A DNA stretch of 62,391 nt, filler included, from Perkinsus olseni (lineage: Eukaryota): NCBI GenBank assembly GCA_013115125.1. It is 4 parts of 4 records of this genome, joined end to end, with 100 filler letters (N's around TTAATTAATTAA, not from the genome) between each part and the next. Parts side by side here need not be neighbours in the genome. Positions count along the whole stretch, not along the records: positions 31,410 to 46,851 come from JABANN010000699.1; positions 46,952 to 62,391 come from JABANN010000700.1; 2 more parts are not named here. One strand, given 5' to 3'. Shown here one piece after another: positions 41,872 through 53,111 of this stretch; position 1 is the stretch's first letter; each line of letters starts with the position of its first letter. The notes beneath the pieces are model-generated. The model was not told the DNA's origin. It saw nothing but the letters and a program-made list of their open reading frames with translations, and searched no databases. The position numbers and the translations under genes were made by a program.

Positions 41872-44044
41872 TCAGCGGGAGCACCCTTTTCCGCATCGCC
41901 ACCTATATGAAACAACCATCTGAATTGGTAATTCTACTAGCAACATCATGATAGCGACCCTTACACGGTATCCTCTGCTGATTCCTCTAGATGGCGACTC
42001 AGTATCCGACTGAGATCCACCACCACGCATACGCGCCGTGATGCTAGGTGGGCTGTCGCCCGATCCCGAACAGAGACTGTTCGCTCGGAATCTATTGTAC
42101 ATGAACCGGTTGCTCGACAAGTCGATGCTTGTTATGGCATTGTCGTATCTGTAGCGCATTGTGGAGTACCAGAATTCTTCACTTATCATGCCTACTTGCC
42201 TCGCAATTCGATGGCTAGGCTAATGATCTCTTCAACCCGGAATGGGGGATAGTGTTGGAGTGTGCGCAAGATGACCTGATAGGCGCCACTAATGACTGCG
42301 TTATGATGGCGCCACTCCAAGGGGCTGCTGGTGAGCAATGACGTCAAAAATTCCAAATAGATCATCCCTGAGAAGCTTCAGTGAAATCCTATGGCACAAT
42401 GGTTGAGATACCCGGATTCGGATTTACACACTCAGCGAATAAAAGTAATCAGTGGGAAATGAGATCGACGAGCACACGCCTCCTCCCCCCCGCACCTCCC
42501 GCCTGTCTTACAGCAAAATCTCCGGCGAGCAGAACTGCCCGCACTAGCTCAACCATAGCAGCACAAATGTAGTAAATGATGGCCACATGCCCAGTCTTGT
42601 GAGGATTCGACACGCGAGCTCGGCGTCGATACAAATCAGTCAGAATACAATCCCACAAACGCCAAACCTAAGATAAGCAGAAAGAGTGGAAGGCTTACAC
42701 AAAGGCCAAGGTTCTGCCTACATCTTGTAGAGATTCAAACTCTTGACTCAGCAATAGGGTGAACCATCTGAACGCAAAATTGTCCGCCGACACCTACGAG
42801 AGGGTCATCGAACTCATCGGGCCAATAATCAGGCGATCTGAATTTCAGGCTTACTTCTTCCTTAGCAAGATGGGTGTAGACCTCTTGATCGATAACCCAC
42901 AGAACTGCATCAAATCGTTGTAGTGTTCCAGCGATCCCGGCATCGCTTCTATCAAGCTGCCTCAAAAACATATCACGATGATGCTGTGCCATCAGGTTGG
43001 TCAGACAGTAGAAAGCGTCGGCTTCGGCTAGTTCTGCGGCGCACGACGAATCAGTCTCGGACCTCAACACGTGATCTTGGCAAAACAGTAGGTACATGAC
43101 GGCGAGTAGCTCGTGCATACCTTGTACGTAACTGACAATCGCAACTGTGAATCTGCGTTCTTGCCAACCGAAACGCCACTTCAACCTAACTTACCCAAGC
43201 CCGGGATTGAGAGTAGCATAAACGAAAAGGATCCGCCCCATTCGGTCGAAGTGAGTCGTTGGATGGACTATGTCGATAACCATGGTACCATCACCTAGGC
43301 GGAACTTCCGAGAAACTAAGTAGAACCGCCAATGGGGGATATGTCATAGTATTAACCTCTATCACAGACACGACATTCCAAGTCATGATTCTTTCCCGAC
43401 GTAGGCGAGTTTGTCGGCCCAGAACACTCCTCAAAGTCACCTCATCACTCACCTCGAGCCATAGCCCTCATTCGATCATCGTCCAGCCACACGAGCTCTG
43501 GCCTAGTCCGGTACACATCCTTGTTTATCTGGTCCAAGAGGCGCTGAACCTCAATCACGTCCTCGGTTTGTGGTGGTTGCCCCTCCCTCGCCAGGGACCT
43601 TCGGGCTACTTCTATGGCGCTCTCCCGAGCAACTACAGTGTCGTGGACGAACCCCACCCGTTCGTTTAGATAATTACCACGCAATTCGGCCAAAGTGGCA
43701 TCCCAGTCGCCTGATCGCTGTGGTAGGTAACCCAGTAGAAGCTTCCAAACGACTGAGCGGAGGCTCGGACCTCCAAGGCCAACGCCGGTGAGGAGGCACT
43801 CTTCTCGCAGCTCATCCATGTTGATGTATCCACCCCTCCCTCCGCGCAAGGTCGACAACACTTTGAGAACTTTATCGAAATCTTTATGCCGCTGCTCCGA
43901 AAATCCGCCAAGGCTACCTAGCATGTAGCGATTCGACTCCATTATGACTCGTGCAAGCAAGTCAAGGTCATCCTCATCCCCCCTTCCATTCGACGAGCTC
44001 CGGGATGGCCCCGATGGACATTCATTATTTGAGCCGCACTCCAT
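41872..44044 (-). CDS. TBC-domain Rab GTPase-activating protein (TBC1D13/22-like); ends approximate
   Basis: LRSVVWKLLLGYLP, QINKDVYRTRP (Arg finger), ILFVYATLNPG|YVQGMHELL (Gln finger), EADAFYCL, FAFRWFTLLLSQEF, RLWD. Confidence 0.92.
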
Positions 44045-44582
44045 TCAAACTGCTTTTCAACGGTAATCTTCTTTCATGGGCATACCAGGTACCTCATTTC
44101 GGTGATATACATAGGTGGGAACCCGAGTGTTCATCGGTCTAATTAGAGTGTGCGCCGTCTACTACTTGTTATACTCGAGGGTTATACTTATATATTACAA
44201 CTCGTTATATTCTCACCATGCAGTAACCTGGTAGGCGAGAGCTAATCGCGTGTGTACAACTAAGAAGATCCCGCTGAGCGCGGCATGAACAGGAAATGAC
44301 AGCGTTGCGTACCATCACACTCAGGTCACTTCTAAAGAGACTTCAAGCGTTGGGCGAACCAGGGGAGAAAACGGAGGCGATGTGTTAAGCCTCACTACAG
44401 TAGTGATCACTCATGCGAACTCCACGCGAGACTCTGCCTCCGATGGGATTGAAAGAGATACTCATACGCAAAACCGTGGAGACTATTCAGAGAGAAAAAT
44501 CTTTAAGAAATCGATTGGACAGCACCGACCAGATCTCCAGATGCCAAGAATTGATCGAAGTCAAGCCAAATTCTCGTAGCGG

Positions 44583-46670
44583 TCATGTTTGCACCGCTGG
44601 AGCCGCTCCTCTTAACGCCGATACCACTATGGCTATGACCGTTGCGCTCAGTGCGGCTCCAACAAACAAGACATCACCTGGCTTCTTTTCCTTGATCGCA
44701 TTTTCATGCTCTGCCTGGGCCGTGTTCTGTGCCGCTGCATGCGAGCGATCGACGGATGCGGGTTCCGACCCAGCGCCACTCAACCTTAAGTTCGCCGTGA
44801 AGCTAGCAAAAGTAGCATCTGAAGAGAGTATCACTGAAGCTCGCCCATCGAGAGTACAATCCAATGCTGGGACATCCTATGAGGGGCCGTAGGGTGCCAC
44901 GTGGAGATTGCAGCCGCAGAACTAGTATCAATGGAATACAAGGGATCACCTGAAAGCCCTAGCTCATCACTGTCGCGCTCCTGCAGGTACCGCTCAAATG
45001 TGTCGAGGAATCTGACACGTAATGCTCATCCATTTTAAAAGATACACAGAGCGCTCCTGTAGAAACGTGGGACGATATCACACACATTTTTCGATCGCAA
45101 ATCACAGGAAGGGAATTCCACAACGAACTGTGGGTAGACCGCGACCACACAACGGAACGTCCGGTCGGGCCATTGTAATACTCCACAGTTCCGTCAACCC
45201 ACAGCGGGGTCCTCAGATACTACTTTTTATGGCCGCGGAGTAGCAGCATAATATTCGGCTTGTCTTGTTTGCTTTCCTCACTACTCTGGGTCCAGCTAGA
45301 AAGATATTTCTCCGGTATATTGTGAAGAGCCCTCAAATATGCGTACAAGACCGCGTCGAAGTAACTAGGAGGCCGGGCGCAGCTTTCCCCACTCGGGAAA
45401 TCTTCGCGAGCGAATAATGGGAACTCGATCTCGACGTAAGATTGAAGGGCTTTCAGCAGGCTTTCGAGCTGAAGAAAAACATCGACCTCGCACGTATAAA
45501 CTACAAAAATCCACGGAGGGAACCCAAGAACTATTAGGATGGGTAATGCGCACGATGGGCCGCGGCTAAGGATGAAGGCGCTCGAGGAAGCCTCAGTAGA
45601 CATATGAAAGACCATGATTGACGATGGAATGTACGTCATTTGTCGATGAAGGATCAAGATGGAGGCGGGCACGCGGACAGCTAAATATACTACTCGTATC
45701 ATAATTATGCTCATGCCAAATGCTACAACAAGGAAGAATACTGACACTATGATTCAGCTCGTTGACTCACTCCGGCTGCATACGATGACTGCCAACAGCG
45801 AAACACCTATACCAAAAACGCTTCAACCTCACGATAGAAAATATCCATTCTTTTCTACAACGAAGACCCGAGCACTACTCTCATAACAATTCTGCGTCCG
45901 TTCGCTGAAGATTCTCCTTCTTCATTCGTTGACTGTTTCCATTTATGAGCTATCTCTGCTCGATGGGATCGAAGGTAAATGTAGTTGACTGGGAACGGTA
46001 TGCTCCGCCTCATTGTAGGAGTCGTAAATTCCTTATAACAGCTTGGGTAGACCCAGGTACAGAACCTGACCGTGAGACAGTAGCGACTATTGGTTCGACG
46101 ATGGAAGCGACAAGCTACATACTAGTACTAGCGATTACGACTCAATATAAACGAAACTAAATAAAACCATCAGACATATTACTCAATCGCATCTTCTATA
46201 GTCTCTTTTATCCAGGTAATAGGAACCATTCCATTCTCAGACTCGAGAATGCCGTTTTCTTTCTCATCTAATAATTCAGGGCTCTCGTGATAGGCACGAT
46301 CCTCCTTCATCTTCCCGAACCTAGCTCTCATCGCTTGTAGCAGCCCTTCAGAACCGACGGGGTCCGCCATGTCATCTAGGAATGCGCCAGGCATCACCAA
46401 GCCCGCAAGAGCGATGGGATTGGGCTGTGACGAGCCCACGAACACGACATTTAAGCGTGATACTCGCGCGTAAACCTAATGAACGGAATAACAGAAAAGT
46501 CACATGAAGACTATTACCCGGAGAAGCACCACTCGTGGATCAATATTCACCTCCCTTCTACTCTCGTCAAAAGTACGCAGGTAATGAATACACAACGGTT
46601 CTGATGATGGTGATGTCATTAAGATGAGTCTCAACTCGCTGCCAATCGAGTCGTCAGAGTTCAAATTCAT
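44583..46670 (-). CDS. Metaxin/Sam37-like GST-fold protein with C-terminal membrane anchor
   Basis: IPFPVNYIYL, LESLLKALQSY..., PSYFDAVLYAYL (GST-C N-cap motif of the metaxin family), and terminal hydrophobic VLFVGAALSATVIAIVVSAL. Confidence 0.65.
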
Positions 46671-46813
46671 GGATATGCAACATGAGCCGAGAGCGTTAAG
46701 GGAACCCAAGGGAGCAAGGCAATGGACCCCACGCGACTTTAGTAGCGCACGCCCCGTATTACGTATTCTCGGCTCCGTCGGGCTGTTCAGTAAAAGACCT
46801 ATAAACCAGTCCC

Positions 46814-46851
46814 AGGATCGATCTTGAGGATTGATTTTGAAGATCGATCTT
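46814..46851. repeat. 13-bp tandem repeat running into the contig end
   Basis: AGGATCGATCTTG / AGGATTGATTTTG / AAGATCGATCTT. Confidence 0.8.
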
Positions 46852-46951
46852 NNNNNNNNNNNNNNNNNNNNNNNNNNNNNNNNNNNNNNNNNNNNTTAAT
46901 TAATTAANNNNNNNNNNNNNNNNNNNNNNNNNNNNNNNNNNNNNNNNNNNN
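46852..46951. other. Artificial contig linker
   Basis: Ns, TTAATTAATTAA, Ns. Confidence 0.98.
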
Positions 46952-47287
46952 TGAGGTCCTGTCGACCTTTCTGACGCTAGCGCGGTACCGCGCCTTGCCC
47001 CATCTCGGAGACCAGAGGTTTTACTTGCAGCACTTGAAGGACGGTTGAGCGTTTGACAGAAGGCTGTGTGTGAAGGTCTAGCCATAGAGCAAGTTCTAGG
47101 ACGAACTCGAGTAAACCCGCCACGCGCGGGCATGGGAAACGGTCAGGCGAGCGAGCGAGCACGGGGTCGTGGGTGCTGCCGTGGCTTGGCCTTCCCCTGC
47201 CGCTGGTTGGACGACACTCTGATATTGGACCCATTTAAGCCCCAGTTCGAGAAGGTCGCCCAACTTCCGTCTTTATTTTTTTTTTCT

Positions 47288-47536
47288 TCCTAGTGTTGGA
47301 GAGGGCGTTCACTCCGGTGTGGGGAGTATGGTTGTCTAGCGGTAGGCGACCAGGGGCATTAGCCATCGGTGGCGGAGGCCAGGACGTACGCCAAGGCGGC
47401 GACACTTCGGGTCAAACAAGTGTGGGGCCGCCTGGGTTGGCGTGATGGGCACCAGAGATGAACGCGTCACCTCAGCGGTGGAAGCGAAGGAGCTTGCCGC
47501 TGGCTGACCAATTCCCGATACCTCCCAACCCTAGGA
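47288..47536 (+). ncRNA. Candidate structured RNA of unknown family (or structured UTR of a repeat element)
   Basis: Nested helices read by eye: 47288-47304 with 47521-47536, 47305-47320 with 47449-47465, plus four internal stem-loops. G-U pairs favour the + strand. Confidence 0.45.
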
Positions 47537-47713
47537 CAGCGGGTGTAAGGGTCACGAGAGGAGGAGTTGATTCCAGACGAGTGTCTTCTTAGGTGTATTT
47601 TCCGAAATTTTGCAAAAAGGAATTTTCGGGAATTTTGCCGGATTTCCTTGCAGCACTTGATTAACAACGTTAGACGTTTTGTGCTCTCAGATCGCGACCA
47701 CGAGCAGTTCTGC

Positions 47714-47779
47714 GAGATGAATCATCTCAGATGATTCGGTTCTTGAAGAACCGGGTTTTTAAAACCCGAAAACTAAGTT
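47714..47779. repeat. Chain of overlapping perfect palindromes, each with a 1-nt centre
   Basis: GAGATGA-A-TCATCTC, GAATCATCT-C-AGATGATTC, CGGTTCTT-G-AAGAACCG, CGGGTTTT-T-AAAACCCG, AACT-A-AGTT. Confidence 0.95.
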
Positions 47780-48106
47780 CCAACGCCACCATTATAACTC
47801 CTTATTTTCTTAATTATTCGACGCGGCTCGGCAAACGGAACCCCTCAGCTGGTTTCGAGTCTACCAGTTCACGGGTCCCAGTCAACCGCTGCCCTCGCGG
47901 GGAACCCCGGCGCAATGGAGGCGGTATGCGACCTACACCAGAGTGCCTAAGGTAGGGGTGGCTACTCCCTAACTAATTCTGGAACGAATATTACTCCTTC
48001 TATTATCCGCGTGCATTCGATCATAGGTGGAGAACACTAGGAACGCGCTCGACGAGTAGCAAATCGTATTGACGTTCAACTGGCGCACAACCTCAATCAG
48101 CTCTGA

Positions 48107-51100
48107 TTACGTATTACTATGGAGGAAACTAAGTTGGACGAATCCTTTCGGGATTGCTTGTCCACACTCTGGACACCGCGCACCCGCCTTGCACCGGCAA
48201 TTCTCACACAGGCCGTGGCCACAATCAACCGTGGCGTATTGGACTTTCGCACCACACCGGCAGGCTAGCTTGCGCCTGTAACGTGCGAGCAATCGCCCTT
48301 GTCGAGCAGCGTTGTTCTGAAGCCATAATCGAGTCAAGATTTTAACGATGCGGCGGCTCACCTCCTCGTCCACGTCCTTCTCTAGTGCGCTCAACTGTTC
48401 TCTCTTCACCTCGACCACATTCTCGAGGGACTCTATATTGGAATGGAGCTCTCGTGTCTCGGATCCCTAGGGGAGAGTAATGGCGCTCGTTAAGGAACTG
48501 TTGCTCGACAGGACACTCACTCGTCGTTCATCAAGGTTGGAGAAGAGCCCTCCCAACTTGTAGAGGGCATCTTCTGCCGCGTGAGCCCGCTCGCTCAAAA
48601 CCTGGCACAAATCTTCTGTTGAAATTCCTAGGGAGTTTCGGCCCCTCGTAGCCCAAAACGATTGCCAGTACCTCGATCTTTCTCGGCCACCCCGTCCCAT
48701 TCGGGAGCAGGTGTCTCGAAGGATACATCGCCAGCGCACGTTCTCTCGGCATTGATAGAAGCCGTCTGACCCCAGTGGAAGTGAGGGAAGTACCGAGGAG
48801 TAGGAGGCATCTACACGTCTCCTGGTCACCGCGGATGAGCTGAAAAAGTAGCCCGTCTAGTTGACACAGTGGGTGGTGAACGAATCGTTGGAAAACGAGA
48901 GCCCGCCTCGAGCCTACAGCAATATCGGCAGCTGTCTGGCCTTGGCATAAGGCGTTCATATCAGCACCCGACCGATGGAGTAACTTCACTTGCATTGGGC
49001 TGGTACAGGAATGAATAGGGAAGAGCCCTTCCACACTCGCCCACCCTGCGAGGACCACTCAAGCAGCTGTGGAACAGTGCACGCTCTTCCTACTTCCTTC
49101 CAGTGGTATATTCGGGTCGGCGCCTTCCTCGAGGAGCCTCTTCATCTCCTTTAGGATTTCATCGTCGTCAGTGCCGTCGGGCCGGTACACCAGTAGTTCA
49201 TTCAGCTGCTGAGACCTGTCGTATTTCATCCACTCTGCCCGGCTCACTTCGTCCTCCCCTTCGGCTATCCGAGCAAGATTCACCCAAACCAGTGGTTCCA
49301 CGTCTGGGGTCAGGGTCATCCACCGACTACAAACTCTACATCTGCACATGCATCGCGTCGGCTGAGCACGAACTCTCGAAGCCAGATGACGATACAGTCC
49401 CATAATCGTGCATGACCGCCGCGCCCCGAATTTGATCAACTCGTCCACGAGACAGCTTGCCCCCTCTCCCACGCCCGCTATGGGCCGTAATGGCTGGAGA
49501 GACCGCAGGAGAGGAGCAGAGCCCACGAGATCGAGGCATTGCACGTCGACAGGGCCGAGATCTTGTTGAAGGGCGAGCTGAGCCTGCCAGTGAGACATGA
49601 GGTGGGGTAGCACTTCGCATACTCCTTCTATCCCTCTATCGAAGCAGACGAGGAGTAGGTGGGCCACACTGGCTCCCGCAGGCAAGTAGTCAGCGTACTC
49701 GAGCATTGGCGCACGTGCCTTCAGATTCACCATCTCTCCGTCCAACAGACTTAGTAATTTTTCCGTTTTCAGATAATTGGTAAAGTCCAAGGCGAAAAGG
49801 AACTCAGCAATGAACTCTCCCGTCTGCGCAACTTCAGTGGAAGAAAGGCCCCGGAGAGTATCGAGAAGCTCTCGAGACCTGGGTGTAGCGAACTTGAGGA
49901 CGCAAAAATGGGCAACGGCCATATCCCCTTCAGTGACGACACTCATCGCATCATCATGAACCTTCAACAGCGCACCAACCACCCCAGCGTCCTGCATGTA
50001 CACTCCGATTTGCAGAGCCGATATCGCACCCGCAATCTCCCTCCGATGCTCCAGAGGCAGTAAGTGCTTCACTTCCCTCGACAGCTTCAATGCTCGCTCG
50101 CTCAAAGGCTTCGAGCAAACCTTCGCCAGTGGAATTATGGTATGAGCAGCAGTCCTACCGGCATCCTTCGTCCGGGCCAGGAGACGAATAACTAACACCA
50201 AGTTTGCCTCCGCTGCGTCACTGAGATCTCCTTCCACGAGTACGCTGGGAGAGAGGACACGTTGCACTTCCCGAGGACCAACTCTCTCAGGAAGACCGCC
50301 TCCTCGCATGCCGCTGATAGCGTTCCGTACAAGCGCTTCTGAGAGAGTGCCCATCCACGAGACACCCGAGTCCATCAGGAAGCCAGTGCTCTCTTGAACA
50401 GCGCGGAACTCTGCATGAATATTGCTAAGCGCCATGTCGTCCTCAGAGCACATAGCCAGGGCGACTTCCCTAGCCGAAGGGAGGGCAGCGGCAGTAGAAA
50501 CCGGAGGTCGACTGGTGACCATAAGAGGGGATACAAAAATCAGTGATTTGAGTTGTATCATCAGCGAGCAACGTGATACAACTTTTATCGTGTCGAGAAG
50601 TTGAAAGCGCGGTAGCGCCCTGCAGTACTCGACTGCACGATAGTCTGGAACGCAACATGAGCATCTTGCCGTCACTGCGGACCTTCCTCAGAGGTTGTTA
50701 GTCCCCATACCGAGGCGTGCAATTGCCACAGGTCACGTTTCCTGGCCTCTACATCAGTGTGAACTGTGAAGGGATGATTGCTCATAAAGTAGTAACAGTT
50801 TTCTGGTGGCAAGGCAGCCGCAGCGGGAGCTGGCGGCTCCAATTCTACAGTCTCAAAAGGAACACCGAGTTGAACGTAGAGGAACCTGAGCCGAAAGGTC
50901 ACTCCGCCCAGCGACGGGTCCCCGGCTATCATACCGTATTTCGTCCAACTCGTTTGGGTCTTCTAGAAGGGTGATGCAGGTGCCGGGACGACCAAAACGC
51001 CCACAGCGACCAGATCTGTGCAGGTACCTGATTGTTCAGGAAATGACGAGCCAATGACAAGCAGCCTAAGGTACGTTTCTTTGGCCTCCGGGAGGCCAAT

Positions 51101-52996
51101 GTTGATGACCAGATCCACAAGTTGGCCATCGACCCCTCGAGCGAAGACTTCATCGGTGGCAACTACTATGCCATGCTCTCGCGAGTTGAGGAACTTCATC
51201 GCCGCCGAACGGTCTGCAAGACCTGACCGGAACGGCCCGCTGCATGCACAGCATACTGGATGACTCGACCGTTGTGCCAAGTGTCGAGCGAAATCCTGGG
51301 CTCACTGTGGTCTTCAGAGGACTCCATGACCTTGCATGGCGATGGTGCGTTCTCACGCAGGTAGGCAGCAACCGTCTTAACCAGCACAACAGACGTACAG
51401 AAAACGATGCACTGGTGATACCTGAGGATAGGGGGTCGTTGGGATCTGCTGTTGTGGATAAATCCGAGTTGCCACCATCCGGTCATGTGAGTTCACCCTG
51501 ACAACGTCGCAATAATTGAGGGTGAAGCGAGTCACATAAAGCAACTCCCCTATTGATGCTTTTCGCTCCTCAGTGAGATACGGAAGCAGTTATGCAGAAT
51601 CAATTTCAGCAATATCAAGTGCTGTCAATTCTGGTATTGAAAGTGTCGCACCCTTCCTCGGGAGAGATTCTAGAGAGCTCTTCTCCCCCGCACTTTTTTT
51701 GTGATTCCCTTCGGTGCTCTCTATACGATGCTGGGGTATGCCATTTCGCTAGACTCGCACCCGCTGGTGTCCTCGGTGATTATCGCTGAGAGCCGTGAGT
51801 GACCCAATCCTACTCACCGCTGCATCCCCAGAAGCATCTCTAATCCCCATGGTATATCGCCGTTGGCTGCTCGGGGCAAAACACAGACTGCGTGGGTGAT
51901 GTGAGTCAACAACGCGTTCTCTCTGCACACGCCAAACAATCCCCTTCTGGTATTTCTTAAAGGACCTTACGCTGGATTGGTGGTGTCGCTCCTGCACAAA
52001 GTGGCCCTGGAGAACTCCCGGCCGCTCTTTGGCTCCAAATACTCCAAGAGATCCTCTGCATACGGCAATACCTGTGGTCCTAGCATGGAGCTCGGATACC
52101 CCTAGATCACCATTGCTTACGTGGGGAGGCATTGTGGCCGAGGAGAGCACTAATTTAACATCCGCACAAAGATAGTGGAGACCACGGCTTATGTAAGTCA
52201 ACCACTGAGTAGAACCGAGGCAGCTCGGGAAGCCTGCTCGAGCGGCGGCAGTACCTTCCGGTCCCTCGGGTTGTCTAGCATAATGTCAGCCTCATCGAAG
52301 ACGAGCAGGGCAGCATGAGGGCACACCGGCACACCTGAGACACAGTGCGTACTGTGAGCCCATGGACTCCGAAGCCGGGCTCACGTCGTTGTCGAAATAG
52401 GAGGTACACCTGCTTGCTGGTGCCAATAAGAATATCCGGTATCCTCACCGGCTGCTCTTCTTCCTGCTTGGATGTTAGCTCTCCTACAGTGGATACAACT
52501 TGATGGGAATAGTGGCAGATTTGCAGCATCTCGTCCCGTATCTGACCGCACGCTAATACCACTCGCTATACGCTCATAGTAATCGATAGGCCAAGGGAGA
52601 CGGAAGAGCACCTCGGTTACCCAAGTGAGCAAGGCATGACAGGCGGCGATGGACTTACTTGATTAACTATCTCCCTACTCGGAGCGATGACAATGCTTTG
52701 CACCTGTCCCATCTCCGGTGTGGTCAGCTCGCAGATGATAACCCCGAAGGCACACGTCTTGCCGCTCCCCGATTTAGACTGGATAATTAAATCGGTCCAA
52801 GACAAACCTGACAACAGGAGATGCGTGGTCGCCGGAACTGCCACCAGGTCTCCCCGGAGAACTCACCCAAGGGGATGGCCTGCCTCTGGACGGGCGCAGC
52901 CTCCTCGTACCCCATTCGAGCGAGTGACCGCAGAGTGGTCGACGACAAGCCGAGACCAGAGGCAAACCCTCCTCCTCCTGCTTCTGCTGGAGACAT
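48107..52996 (-). CDS. DEAD-box RNA helicase, probably fused to a helical region, ankyrin repeats, coiled coil and C-terminal RING finger
   Basis: Q motif APVQRQAIP, SGSGKT, PSRE, FDEAD, SAT, ARGVD, HRSGRCGRFG. Ankyrin-like LLEEGADPN and VKLLHRSGADMNA. RING CRC...CGHGLCENC...CPEC. A 38-nt GT-AG intron at 50645-50682 links the halves in frame. Confidence 0.8.
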
Positions 52997-53111
52997 ACCT
53001 CCGGCAACTCTCTAGAAACTGCACAGGACTCTCTACCACCAGTCACTCCGGGGCGAGAATGCCCGAATAGCCGAACACAAGGCATGCTAGGGAATGAACA
53101 GAGGGCACTCT

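Noticed and set aside
47288-47536. Calling the structured region RNase P/MRP, SRP, U3 or telomerase RNA
   Set aside because: CR-I, SRP helix-8 and C/D box signatures were not found, and CAACCCTAG is not a full telomeric template. Left as unidentified.
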